Source of the DNA: Chiloscyllium plagiosum
Taxonomy: Eukaryota
Direction of reading: 5' to 3'
NCBI RefSeq assembly: GCF_004010195.1
Contig: NC_057752.1
Coordinates: 3,709,639-3,773,638, forward strand
Length of the DNA: 64,000 bases
Position numbers and translations under genes: made by a program. Of this stretch, positions 26,211 to 38,359 are shown piece after piece (the stretch's first letter is position 1; each line of letters begins with the position of its first letter). A model generated the notes under the pieces. The model was not told the origin of the DNA. It worked only from the letters and a program-made list of their open reading frames with translations, and searched no databases.

Positions 26211-27030
26211 AGCAAAATGGTGCTCCTCTGTATTCTGCTCATTTGACTGGGAGATTCTAAAAATAGTGAATGAGGTTAAAGCATCATAATAAAGAAAAAG
26301 AACAAACTGCTTCATTCCTACAGACCTCAAGTATTGTCAGCCTAAATCTTGTGTTAAAGAAAGCATTTGGAATCTGTTGCCAAAAGGAATTAGCAGAGAT
26401 TGATCTGCCTTTGCATGGGTCTTGCGAAAGCACGCTATGCATTACAACCGCACTTTAGTAACCACCCAAAAATAACATTTCAAGTTCAATTATAAAAATG
26501 AGTCCAGGATTGGTGGAGGATGTCAGGATAGCTGACAACAAAATGTCCATGCCATGATCTGGTGACATTTTAGATTCTGAGCTCATTTCCACACTGAGGA
26601 TTTAAGGTTTACCGAAACTTAGCAAGAATGTCTGTCTGGTTGGTGAGTGGTGTTGCATAAGATAGTCAGTGCCTGAAAGAGTTAGTTGACATCATGCAAG
26701 AAGCTCCGCCTATCAGGATATAAAGGGAGAGGCTGGGAGAGGCTAAACAATTTTGCAAGTTCTCTGAGTATTGGTTGCAAAGGCTGACAGTGGGAACAAA
26801 GGAGGAATAGGCCATTCTGCCCCTCACAGCGGTTCTGCCATTCGAACTCATGACTGATCATTTACACCAACACAGATTCCCATGCTATCCCAGGACACTT
26901 GATACCATTAGCAATTTGAAGTCCATCAATCCCTGTCTCCTCTTGCCTGCTCCTTGAGTTACTGATACTTTCTCCACAAGCTGATGCTGACTGCCTGTCT
27001 CAATGTCTCTTCTCAACCACCCCCACTAGG

Positions 27031-27462
27031 TCACAGAGACATAGAGATGTACAGCATGGAAACAGACCCTTCGGTCCAGCCCGTCCATGCCGACCAGATA
27101 TCCCAACCCAATCTAGTCCCACCTGCCAGCACCCCGCCCTTATCCCTCCAAACCCTTCCTATTCATATACCCATCCAAATTCCTTTTCAATGTTGCAATT
27201 GTACCAGCCTCCAACACTTCCTCTGCCAGCTCATTCCATACACGTACCACCCTCTGTGTGAAAAAGTTGCCCCTTAGGTCTCTTTTATATCTTTCCCCTC
27301 TCACCCTGAACCTATGCCCTCTAGTTCTGGACTCCCCGACCCCAGGGAAAATACCTTGCCTATTTATCCTATCCATGCCCCTCATGATTTTATAAACCTC
27401 TATAAGGTCACCCCTCAGCCTCCGACGCTCCAGGGAAAACAGCCCCAGCCTGTTCAGCCTCT
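27031..27462 (-). mobile_element. CR1 LINE 3' end
   Basis: ORF 27140-27385 RTRGHRFRVRGERYKRDLRGNFFTQRVV. Confidence 0.9.
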
Positions 27463-27921
27463 CTGCCTGCTCCTCCAGGTGATGCTGACTGCCTATCTCA
27501 GGGTCCTTCCCTCACCTGCTCCTTTAGGTGCCACTGACAGCCTGTCCCTGGTTCCTTCTTTTGCCTGATCCTCTTACTCTGACGTCTAGCCCAATGTCTC
27601 ACCATGTCAATCAGATGGAATGCAACTAGTTATTAATTACGAGTTAAAAAACCTATTCTGTGGAGCCACAGTTGTGTTGAAGGCTTTGTATGGCCATCCT
27701 TCCCCACTTGGTGTCAGCAATTCAGACTGATCCCCATAAGGAGGACTCGGAACAGTATGTCAACTAGTTCCAGTGGAGAAGACCGGAATGTACCGCATAT
27801 ATGTGGAAGTTCTGGTGGCAGGGGACTGCGGCACTGACCCCTGAGGCAAAGGATGCCCAAACCTTTCTTGTACTGAACACAGAGGCACTCAGCTGGGAAA
27901 TCCAGAATGGAAATACACATT

Positions 27922-28146
27922 GTAGAATCCCTACAGTGTGAATAGAGGCCATTTGGCCCATCAAGTCTGCACCAACACTCCGACCATCATAACCCCACAT
28001 TTCCCATGGCTAACCCACTTGGCTTATACATCCCTGGACCCTATGGGCAATTTCAGCAGGCCATTCCACATCTTTGGACTGTGGGAGCAAACTGGAGCAC
28101 CTGGAGGAAACCCACGCAGAGAGTGGTGCTAACCACTGAGCCACCA
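27922..28146 (-). mobile_element. HE1/V-SINE-like, internally deleted
   Basis: Tail, V core and head pieces on the minus strand. Confidence 0.7.
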
Positions 28147-28719
28147 TATAGATTTATTTGTTATTTTCCTGACCTTTCTGGGCCTTTGCTCACCTTAGGC
28201 ACAAAGCACACACCCCGTTGGTGCCTGTGCTACATACTTAAAGAGTTTGGAGGTGGGGAACGTTTGTCTCTCCATCTCATCATTAATCAGATCAAAACGG
28301 GAAAGCGGAGGATAAGTCTAATGCTGCTTTTTTGTTTCCACTTTGTGTTCTGCCAGGCAAAAAAAAAATCCGAACCTTTCATGTGCAGGCGCTTGGTTTT
28401 GTGTTAATAATTCTCTATCGATATTGCAAGGTAGCTCCCATTTAAAATGGATGAGTCCATTGTCGAACGAGTGGGCACATTTCTCTGTTCACTCTGCAGT
28501 ATGATTTCACAGCGAAAAACAAACCAGACACAAATAAATTTCAAGTGCCTAAAGAGAGACATTTAAAGAACTCAAGCACCTCCTTTCCTCTTCCACCAGC
28601 TTGTTTACTTTTGAATACAGTCCAGATTCACCTGTCCTCCCTTAAATTCAATACATCTCGGAAACAGGATCATGTGCAGGATCACTGGGATTAAAACAAA
28701 AATGGTGATTTTCTTTTTA

Positions 28720-29296
28720 GAAATACATTCACAGGGTGAGGGTGTCACTGGCTAGGCCGGCATTTATTGCCCATCCCTAATTGTCCTGAGGGCAGTTAAG
28801 TGTTAACCCCATCGCTGTGGCTCTGGAGTCACATGTAGGCCCGACCAGGTAAGGATGGCAGTTTCCTTCCCTCAAGGACAGGAATGGCCTATTCCTCCTA
28901 TGTTCCCACTGTCAGCTGCTTGAAACTGAGCTCACGCAACCAATACTCAAAGAACTTGTTTAGCCTCTCCCTTTATATCCCGATAGGTGGAGCTTCTTGC
29001 ATGATGTCAACTAACTCTTTCAGGCACTGACTGTCTTGTGCAACACCACTCACCAACCAGACAGACGTTCTTGCTAAGTTTCGGTAAACCTTAAATCCTC
29101 AGTGTGGAAATGAGCTCAGAATCTAAAATGTCACCAGATCATGGCATGGACATTTTGTTGTCAGCTATCCTGACATCTGGTGACATTTTAGATTTTCCTG
29201 CTCCTCGGATGCTGCCTGACCTGCTGTGCTTTTCCAGCACCACTCTCACCTCTGGATGAGCAGGCCAGCGATAATACCAACGGGCCACCACCTCCC
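28720..29296 (-). mobile_element. Second SINE family, disrupted by the inverted duplication
   Basis: 28720-28880 and 29264-29296 resemble the related copy at 34545-34850; the middle is replaced. Confidence 0.6.
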
Positions 29297-29848
29297 CACA
29301 GTGAAGTGGATTCCTTCAGTTGCAAATGAGTTTATAACTATTTGTCCTGGTTACTTGCTCCCTCTCAACTGGTGCCTCATTCCTGATGTTTGTCATTGCT
29401 AATTAATGGGAGACATTTCTCGAAATATTACAAGTGTATGTGGATGCGGCTCAAATAGCCAACCGTACCAATCAGCAAGAAAAATATAATAACAGGATTT
29501 TACCAGCATGATTTTTGAACTCTACAATACAACAAAGATCTGCACCAAAGTCCAGTCACTTCACATCATGAGACTGCTTTGAACGAAAAGCTCATCGACT
29601 GGAGTGTGATAATTGATAGCAGATCAGTATTAAATCGAGGCGCAGGTAATGAGGTTGGGTGCCTAACTCAGTTTGTCTTATAAGAAGAATGAGGGTACAT
29701 TCATCAGTGTTAAAGTAAATTACCCTGATTACACAGGTAGCTTCTATTGTAACCTACACGTGGTTCCTGTCTGTTAGTGCTCACTATCTCTTCTCTACAA
29801 ATGAACTCATTTTAACAGCTTAACTAGATTTAAACCAATACTCCCTAT

Positions 29849-30283
29849 GGCTTGGAGGGTTTGAAGTACAGGGAGAGGCTAAATAGGCTGGGGCTGTTTT
29901 CCCTGGAGTGTCGGAGGCTGAGGGGTGACCTTAAAGAGGTTTATAAAATCATGAGGGGCATGGATGGGGTAAACAGACAAGGTCTTTTCCCTGGGGTGGG
30001 GGAGTCCAGAACTAGAGGGCCATAGGTTTAGGGTGAGAAAGGGACCTAAGGGGCAACTTTTTCACATAGAAGGTGGTACGTGTATGGAATGAGCTGCAAG
30101 AGGAAGTGGTGGAGGCTGGTACAATTACAGCATTTAAAAGGCATCTGGATGGGTATATGAATAGGAAGGGTTTAGAGGGATATGGGCCAAGTGCTGGCAG
30201 CTAGGACGAGATTGGGTTTGGATATATGTTCGGCATGGACGGGTTGGACCGAAGGGTCTGTTTCCGTGCTGTACATCTCTATG
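29849..30283 (+). mobile_element. CR1 LINE 3' end
   Basis: Matches the CR1 3' ends elsewhere in the window. Confidence 0.88.
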
Positions 30284-30649
30284 CTGAATATAAAAACTAC
30301 CTGCCTTGACAGAATGCTACTGGCTAACAGACCAAAGGATCTGTTTCTGTGCTGTGTATCTCTAAGGACAGAGATAAAAGGAAACTTCCAAAGTGCTCTG
30401 GAAAGCTCTCCATGGATAGATTCTTGGATAAGTTCAACAATTCCTTTAAGAAAAGCCAAGTGCCTCAAAATCCAGTCCAGCTTGTGTTAATTACAAATTA
30501 ATGAAGGATGAGTCACCTTGAGTTTTCCCCAACTTTCAGTGCAGAGACATGTGCACACTATTTTAATGCTTAACAAGCTGATCAGATGCAAACAAAGCTC
30601 AATGAGAGCATAGATAAAATATGTTGATTTGTGATCAGATGGAGATTGT

Positions 30650-30937
30650 TTTACATTCCCTACAGTGTGGAAACAGGCCCTTTGGCCCAACCAGTCCACA
30701 TCGACCCTCTGAAGAGTAACCCACCCAGACCCACTTCCCTCTGACTGATGCACCTATCACTGTGGGCAATTTAGCATGGCCATCTCACCTCACCTGCACA
30801 TCTTTGGACTGTGGGAGGAAACCTGCACAGACACAGGGAGAATGTGCAAACTCCACACAGACACCTGAGGCTGGAATTGAACCTGGGATCCTGGTGCTGT
30901 GAGGCAGCAGTGCTAACCACTGAGCCACCATGCTGCC
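30650..30937 (-). mobile_element. HE1/V-SINE-like
   Basis: Reverse complement of the SINE consensus. Confidence 0.85.
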
Positions 30938-31987
30938 TCAATAAGAGGCAAATTGATACCCTGGAACATCTCATGCTGAAACACAGCTGGGTAAACATAC
31001 CCAATAAGGGTCGAACCAAATACCTGACTTGTCATTGTACGTGAAAGGCAGCGTCTCATTGGCAGGACAGGTTGTGGAAACAACATGATGTAGTTTAATA
31101 TCATAGAAGGAGGGTGTTCTTCTGGCACAATGGTAGTGCTCTGGAGCTGTGTAATTACATCTCTGAACAGGTCCATTAGCAAAATGGATTGATTAAACAT
31201 TTAATATCATGTGAGGTCCAAGATAAAGTGACACTTTTGGGAAAGGGGAGAAAAGAAAATCTCATCCAAAGCCTGTGTCAAAGTTTCTTGCTACGTTTGG
31301 AGGATAAAATGATTCATGCAGTTTTATGAAAGAAAATGTGAGATGGAGGATGAACAGCATTTAGCCAGGCACTAACATCTAGGAAAGATAGGGATGTTGG
31401 AACTCGGATTATTTTGAGTAGGAATTAAGCACACAACAATCGATTTCACCCAAGAAAGCTTCTTCTAGAAGCATCCGTAAGCAACAAAGTGAATTCGGGC
31501 AAAGAAGAAAGAATGTGTGAGAGAGAGAGAGATGGCAGTCAGAGAGGTCAGAAGTGATGTTTTTCAGGGATGAGAACAGACTACAGTGCTAATTCTTACT
31601 TTGGGCACAAAACTGGCAGTCAGTGGGAGCTGCTGCCCTACGTCTTGAGCTATTATGAGGCCCAGGACACATTCGTATCAATTTGGCAAGCTATGTATGC
31701 CAAACCAGTGCTCCAAAGCAGCTCATGAGTTGACAAGGGCAGGGAATGATCTGGCTACCATGTAGAGCTTAATGCAATCCTAACTTCAGGAAGGAAGCAA
31801 TCCCTGAGTGGGAGCATGCATGGGCCAGCTGCAGGAGCCTGATGTATTCTGTAGAGGCCAAACCAGGATTTTCCTGTTCTCCCTGTCCCTGCAAAGAGTC
31901 AGAATGGTTTGGGCTTCCCATTTGTTCCTCAAAGGTGAGATTTTCATGTGAACAGTAGACTCGGTCCTACCTGAAGTGAGTGGGCAC

Positions 31988-32810
31988 TGTGATGATACTA
32001 TGGTTTTAAGAGGTATATTTTGTCCTGATTTTTTTTGAAGGGAGATGTTAAGGCAGGGCTGCCGAGCTGGCTATTGAAAGCCCAGAAAGTAAACAACTTG
32101 TGGGGTCTTGGGTTTTTTTTTCCCCTAAGGTTGGAACAATAGAAGCAGCCTGAATGGGCATTCCCACAGAACCAGGAAGTTTAGTTTTAGCTTTTCAATA
32201 GCAGTTACTGCTGGGGTCTTGAGACTGGGTTTGGAAGCTGCAGGACATTTCTCGCTCTCTTTCTCTGTCTCACTCTGTTTTCTCTTGACATTTCTCTTCC
32301 TGGGCTGGAGAACAACATGTAAGACAATCTATTTTACTGAATGTGCCTTTGGCAAGGGTGTATTTATGGTTTGTTTCTATATTGGAACAGTTAATTAGTA
32401 GTAGTTAATAATCTCTCATTCTGTTAAGTTTTGCGAAAGAGTTATTATTCCAATGTCTTCTTTCTTTTATTGTTTTTTAACTATAGCATATGAATAAAGT
32501 GTGGAGAAAATGGGGACCGCAGATGGCGGAGATCAGAGTCAAAAAGTGTGGTGCTGGAAAAGCACAGCCGGTCAGGCAGCATCCGAGGAGCAGGAGGGCA
32601 ACATTTCGGGCATAAGCCCTTCATATTCAAAATGTCGACTCTCCTGATCCTCAGATGCTGTATGAATAAAGTGTGTTTTGCTTCAAACCTGGTAGTTTGA
32701 CCATCAGATTGCATCTGGAACCCAATGCCTGGCACTTGCCTTTAAAATAAGAAAGGGCCTAGGCTGTTTTCTTACAGTATTTTGAGGGAGGCCTGGTCTG
32801 GTCCATAACA
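31988..32810 (+). mobile_element. Solo LTR with 4-bp TSD
   Basis: TGTGATG...CATAACA termini flanked by GCAC/GCAC; AATAAA in the 3' third. Confidence 0.8.
32504..32660 (-). mobile_element. Penelope pLTR insertion with 15-bp TSD inside the solo LTR
   Basis: Flanked by tatgaataaagtgtg (32489-32503 and 32661-32675); short inverted 5' part. Confidence 0.85.
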
Positions 32811-33101
32811 GCACTCTGTCCACCCATCGAAAGATCCCGATAAAGAATGGCTGAACTGATTTCAGCTACATCTTTGACATGCATTGGAGGCCATTTTCTT
32901 GCACTAGTTCACAAGCCCCTGCCAGCTCAGGAGAGCCCTATGAATGTATGAGTGGAGTCACCTGCCTACTTCCTGCAGACTACTGAAAATAGATCTGGAA
33001 ATCTGGGTCTTGGGGGCATACCAGAGGCATCTGAGGGGGAGGAGAAATCCACAGCATCAGGAGGAAGAGAAAAGGCCACAATCCAAAATGATACAGCTCA
33101 C

Positions 33102-33312
33102 CTCCTCCCACCCTTAGCTCTGCATACAAGCTGCACTGAAATACAATCTGGACCAGGCAACTTCTCTTTCTTAGAGGAGATGAAATTTTGAGAGCTATGA
33201 TTAAGTTGTGACTTAAAGAAGCACCTTTCATCAGCTGGATTGGTGGCAGGCAAAAAGGGAAGTGGGCTGACCAGCCCGGGGTGTGCAGAGTTTCAAATGA
33301 ATAATACATCAC
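33102..33312 (-). other. Candidate internal exon (211 nt), product unknown
   Basis: Acceptor cttttttttcag|G at 33313 and donor GAG|GTGAGC at 33101; no recognisable protein. Confidence 0.3.
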
Positions 33313-33894
33313 CTGAAAAAAAAGTGATGTCTTTAAGATGAGTTCTATTGATTTCGTGTTATACTGCATATGCTGCAGATTTGTGTGTTTTCTTACAAGC
33401 CATACAAGTCTCAAAGCAATCGATAAAAATCAGATAATCTTCCATCTACGGAGGAGAAGGGGATTTCTATATAATTCACTGTCCAAATGAACCAATATTG
33501 CCTCAGGCCCTGCCCAATAACTCAATATCCCACAAAGATTTACTTCACAAAGCCAAAATCTGATCACGTGCCCCACCCACATTGTGACCAGCACCAAGGT
33601 AATTGGTTTTAGTTTTCAAGGAAATGTGAGCTTTTTTTTTTAAAAAAAGCAGACCAGCAGTGCAATCAGAAACTTGGAATCCAGTGTCAAGGAGAAAGGA
33701 ACCGGAGATTTTGGCTCTAATTTTGAAGTCGTAACAAAATTCCAGCTGTTGATGTTCCAGCTAATCATAACGGCTGGTGGCCCATCAACAAAAAGCCTCC
33801 CAGCATGGGGAAAATGGCTGCTAGATGTCTGCTAGCCAGCAATACGATAGGCTGCAGGGGACAAAGCAGTAGTTCTTAAAGGGCAGGTGCTTAC

Positions 33895-34172
33895 CACTGC
33901 AAGGGAGTTCCTTTCTGGTGCCAAAAGCTGCTCTTGATGGGAAAGAAGTTCCGACAGGCCACAGCCGAAGAGGAGAAGTGTGTGGCAGAAATGTCAGCAA
34001 ACAGGAATGTGGAGTTCCTTGTTGTTGGGGAGTGGGTGAGGATGGAACCTTTTACTGAGGAAATCATAAACAACGTGTTTCAGTAGATACCAGCTGAGAC
34101 GGGCGATCCTGCACTGGTACCTTGCTTCCAAAGTAGAGGTCAAAGCTGTCTGGATGGAGATGGCAGAGAGAA
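33895..34172 (-). other. Candidate first (likely non-coding) exon
   Basis: Starts ~30 nt after TATAAAAG and ends at donor GTG|GTAAGC; stops in all three frames. Confidence 0.3.
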
Positions 34173-34192
34173 TTCCTTCTTCTCGTTGTCTC

Positions 34193-34200
34193 CTTTTATA
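34193..34200 (-). promoter_or_regulatory. Candidate TATA box (TATAAAAG)
   Basis: Consensus TATAWAWR in non-repetitive DNA with a pyrimidine-rich TTCTCTCT ~30 nt downstream. Confidence 0.3.
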
Positions 34201-35619
34201 CATAAAATGTGACTAATTTAGGTTGTCGAGAGATTCCAGGGCTGATCAAACTGTAGCCCAGCCAAAGTCAGTGTTGTTGACAGCGGCAAAAGAGGAAAAT
34301 GATTAACTGAGCTGGAACACACAACTTAGGCCAACAATGAACATATACCTTTTCCCACACAATTCATGCTCTTTGAATGCTGGGTTGTAGATGAGTCTGA
34401 TTCACTTGGCCATCATGATTTGTTCTCAGGCGTATTCACCACGCGATGAGTGAACTTTAGATTAATCGAGCTTGTGTAGACTTCTTTTAATTTGGAATAA
34501 TTCAAGGTTGTTTGTTTAAACAGATTTGAAGGGTAGCTTGTTAACTTGGCATGGAATGTGGGCGTTGTTGGCAAGGCTAGCACCTATTACCCAGAGGGCA
34601 ATTCAGAGTCAACCACATCACAAAGGGTTTGGAGTTACATAGAGGCCAGACCAGGTCAGGACAGCAGGCTTCCTTCCCGAAAGGACATTAGTGATCCACA
34701 TTTTCTTTTCCAACAATGGTTACAAGTTAACTTTAATGAATTCAAATGCCACCATCTACTCTGCTGAGAACTGAACTCACATAAACAGAAGATTAGTCTG
34801 GGGTCCTGGATTACTAGGCCAATGATATTGCCATGACACTACTGCTGCAAGTTAGTACCAATGGCTCCTTAGGAAGAAAGTTATTCTGAGAAGATTACAG
34901 CAAGCAAGAATAAACAAGTACAGGTTAGGTAGAAGAATACTTATAAGAGGCAAGTTCCAATAAGTCTCCATGGTATGCCTGGGCAATTTCCCACAATGCC
35001 AGGGAGATGCTGTCATGACCACAGATTATAACCCCCGATCTCCTATGGACATATCGAACCTTAATTCCACCATGCGCTTTTATTTAAAAGAGGACTCATA
35101 TGACCAAAATGACTACAGATGTAATTTTAGTCGCTGTCAGGAGAGAGACCCTGAAATGTCGTAGCTGATTAAGTGTCAAGAAAGATTCAAAGGGATGAAC
35201 TTAAAAAGGGAAAAATGCACTACAAGCTGAAGTGTAAACCCTTGGGAGTCTATGAACGAGATAGGGAAAATAAACAGCAGTTAGGGCAAGAGACATGTTT
35301 GCGTCTTATCCTTCCAAGAACACAAACGAACGTGGCCTAAAAATGAGTTCAGTCCTGGTTTGTGGAAAAGCATGCTCGAGGTAGGACCTGACTAAACGCC
35401 CTTAAGATACATTAAGGTGGTAAGTTCTCAGGTGCTAGTAAAAGGTATTGAAGGAGAGGATGTGCCAATTCCCCCTTACCAGCTGGAATGCAACATTGGG
35501 TAGCAACCAGTGACTATCAGAGTTGTTATCCACCTGTTGATGGAACAGGAAGTGACAGAATATATAAGCATAAAATAAAACAGTAAATCGGTTCAAAGGA
35601 GGAATAAATTACAAAATTG

Positions 35620-36320
35620 ATGGCACATATTTGGAACAAAATCAATGAATTAATGGCACAACAGAAGTGAATGGGTATGATCTTATGACCGTTACGGTGA
35701 CATAGTTACAAGGAGATCAAAGCCGGGAAATAAATATTCAGGGGTGTGTGAATTTTCGAAAGTACAGACAGGAGGAGAAGGGCAGTGGAGTTGCTTTGTT
35801 AGTATGAGATCAAAAAAATAAAATCGCACAAAACATTCGCCTCCAGATGCTCCGGTTTCCTCCCACAATCCAAAAATGTGCAGGTTAGGTGAATTGGCTA
35901 TGCTAAATTACCCGTAGTGTTAGGTGAAAGGGTCTGGATGGGTTGCTCTTCGGAAGGTCGGTGTGGACTTGTTGGGCTGAAGGGCCTGTTTCCACACTGT
36001 AAGTAATCTAATCTAATCTAATCTAAAAACGATCTTGGATATATCTATTGGGTGGAAGTTAGAAAAAAAACAAAGGGAAAACACTGGTGGGAGTAGTTTA
36101 AAGGCTCTCTAACAGTAGCTGCTCTATTGGACAAAGAATAGATCGGGAGATCAAAAGGACATGTAAGAAAGGCAATATGGTAATCACAGGAGACTTCAAC
36201 CTTCATGTAGACTGGGGAAATCAAATGGACAATGTCAGTCGTGAGAATTAATTCACAGAGTATATTTGGGACAGTTTCCTAGAACAATATGTTGCGGATC
36301 CAAGTAGGGATCATGCTGTT
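35620..36320 (+). mobile_element. Old CR1 endonuclease fragment, interrupted by a SINE (35845-36025)
   Basis: NKINELMAQ..NGYDL, GxGVALLV and ITGDFNLHVDW motifs with stops. Confidence 0.7.
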
Positions 36321-36524
36321 TCGGAGCTACCAAAGGTGTAGGCCAAGGGTGACTAATGCAATTATTTGCTGTTGCATCTTCAGCCATCTTCCTGTGGAGT
36401 TATTAGAATTGTTAGAACTTGTTAAAAGTCGAGAGCAGGGAAAATCATCGGCCTACGGATTTCAATTAACAGTACTTCCATTTCTGGCACAGCTGTGGAC
36501 ATGGGACATTCGATGGATATTCAG

Positions 36525-36655
36525 ACACAAACAGAAATTGCTGGAAATGCTCAGCAGGTCTGGCAGCATCTGTGGAGAGAAAGCAGAGTTGATGCTTGGG
36601 GTCTGGTGACCCTTCCTCAGAACATGAAGCATCCTCTGTTCTTTCGGTTTCCAAA
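36525..36655 (-). mobile_element. Penelope pLTR fragment
   Basis: Similar to 14584-14714; ends at cttcctcagaac. Confidence 0.65.
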
Positions 36656-38104
36656 TATTCAAAGAGAATTTATGTAAACCTTCCTAGATTTTATTTGCCC
36701 CCACTTCTGTGTGCCTTGCATCACCATGAGGCATTCCCTATATGCAATGAAACACAGAAACTTCCTTCTTTTCAAATATCCCCTGTGACTCAACGCCAAT
36801 TAATGCTCCTTCCACATCCATTCTCCCAGCATGCTCTATGTATATAACCATATAATAACAATGGCAAGCATGGAACTGCAGACTAAAATAAATGCTTTCT
36901 GACAATAAAAAACTGCTGTTCCAACTACATTATGAGAATAATCTATCAGTCAAGATTATTGAAGTACCGATAACAGAAGCATTTGGTCATGACTCTGTCA
37001 CGGCGACACAATGAAAATTGTGGGAGGGATATGAGATGGCCAGAATGGAGCTGGCCAAGTCAGTCACGTGAAGTGGGCTTACACTTAACCCACACTTGTG
37101 AAACTGGCAAGTGCCATAGTCCCAGAATTGGTCAGGTTTTTAAATGACTCTGAATTATTCTTACTCTGAGAGAATACAGTCTGAAACGCACGAACTGCCA
37201 ATCGTACATGTTGTTCAACAATAAATTTCAGTGAAAGTCAGTGGAAGTTCTTGCTGATGGAAGGCCAGTTTACTCAAAAAAAAAGGCAGAATGTGTCAAT
37301 GTGCATGATATAAATATTCATGACCAAACCTTTCATATCTGCCAAGGTTCACTGCAGCTGAAGTTATTTATTCACTTTATCATCAGATGCCAGCAAAAAG
37401 AGATAAGGGCAAAACAGTTAAGCTCAATCTATCTGAAACCGGCCTCTGTTAACATTCAAGCCAGACCTGTGATATTTCTTTTCACACTGTTGCTTCATCG
37501 TTATTGTTTCATTCTCAATGTAAGTGTAAACCCCACCATTCATTATTAGATTATGAGATGGATTGAGGGGACGAAACACCTCAGTATATTAAATGAGGCA
37601 ATCACCTCCCCACGAGATTATTGACAGAGATTCACAAAAACAGACCTCGGATTCAACAAGGCTTTCTTTTTTGCAATGTCTCAATTTGGCTGGCTGTGAT
37701 TGAGGTGGGGAACTTGTTTGGGATGGAGAAACACCAGCACCTGTGTTCCACAATACATTGAACTTGCAGGGGAGGACATTAACCTGTGAACTGACTGAGT
37801 CATTGCACAGTCTGGCTTCATGAGGAAGCTGACACAAGGAGGAATGTCCAATTTATAGCATGGCCCCTTTCATATCACATGTAGAGTTGAAATCCATGGT
37901 CCTGCTCTTAAGTTGTTGATTTCATCCAATCTTTGTCTGCTTTATCCATTAGTGAGATATCAGTGCAGAGGATAGTCATTTCCAGAGCTCTAAAAGGACA
38001 AAAGTTAAAACAGACAAAAAATGAGCAAACAAGAAAGGTAAGCATAAATCAGTTTAACTTGCCTGTTTTTTGAGAATCTGACTGCAGGCTTATAAGAAAA
38101 ACTT

Positions 38105-38233
38105 CATCCACCTGATGAAGGAGCGTCGCTCCAAAAGCTATTGCTTCCAAATAAACCTGTTGGACTATAACCTGGTGTTGTGTGATTTTTAAACTTTGTC
38201 CACCCCAGTCCAACACCGGCATCTCTAAATCAT
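38105..38233 (+). mobile_element. Terminal repeat of another Penelope-like family with a degenerate hammerhead core
   Basis: CTGATGA-A-GGAGC-GTC-GCTCC-AAAAG-CTA; the GAAA G is lost, consistent with CpG decay. Confidence 0.6.
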
Positions 38234-38359
38234 CAGTAGGTTAGGTTTGAATTTAACCTCCCCTTGCATTCCCCCAATGTCCCCTGCCACTCAAGTTGAG
38301 CTCAAAAATGTTGCCTGTACTATTCTGGACAAAGTGAAACAGCTGCTTTTCCCCATTAC

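Larger units (their letters stand above)
26519..29177. repeat. ~300-bp inverted duplication (26519-26817 / 28882-29177)
   Basis: gatgtcaggatagctgacaac...ggccattc matches the reverse complement with a few substitutions and indels. Confidence 0.93.

Noticed and set aside
34764..34785. tgagaactgaa, resembling the miR-146 5' end
   Set aside because: Lies within a decayed SINE; no hairpin partner
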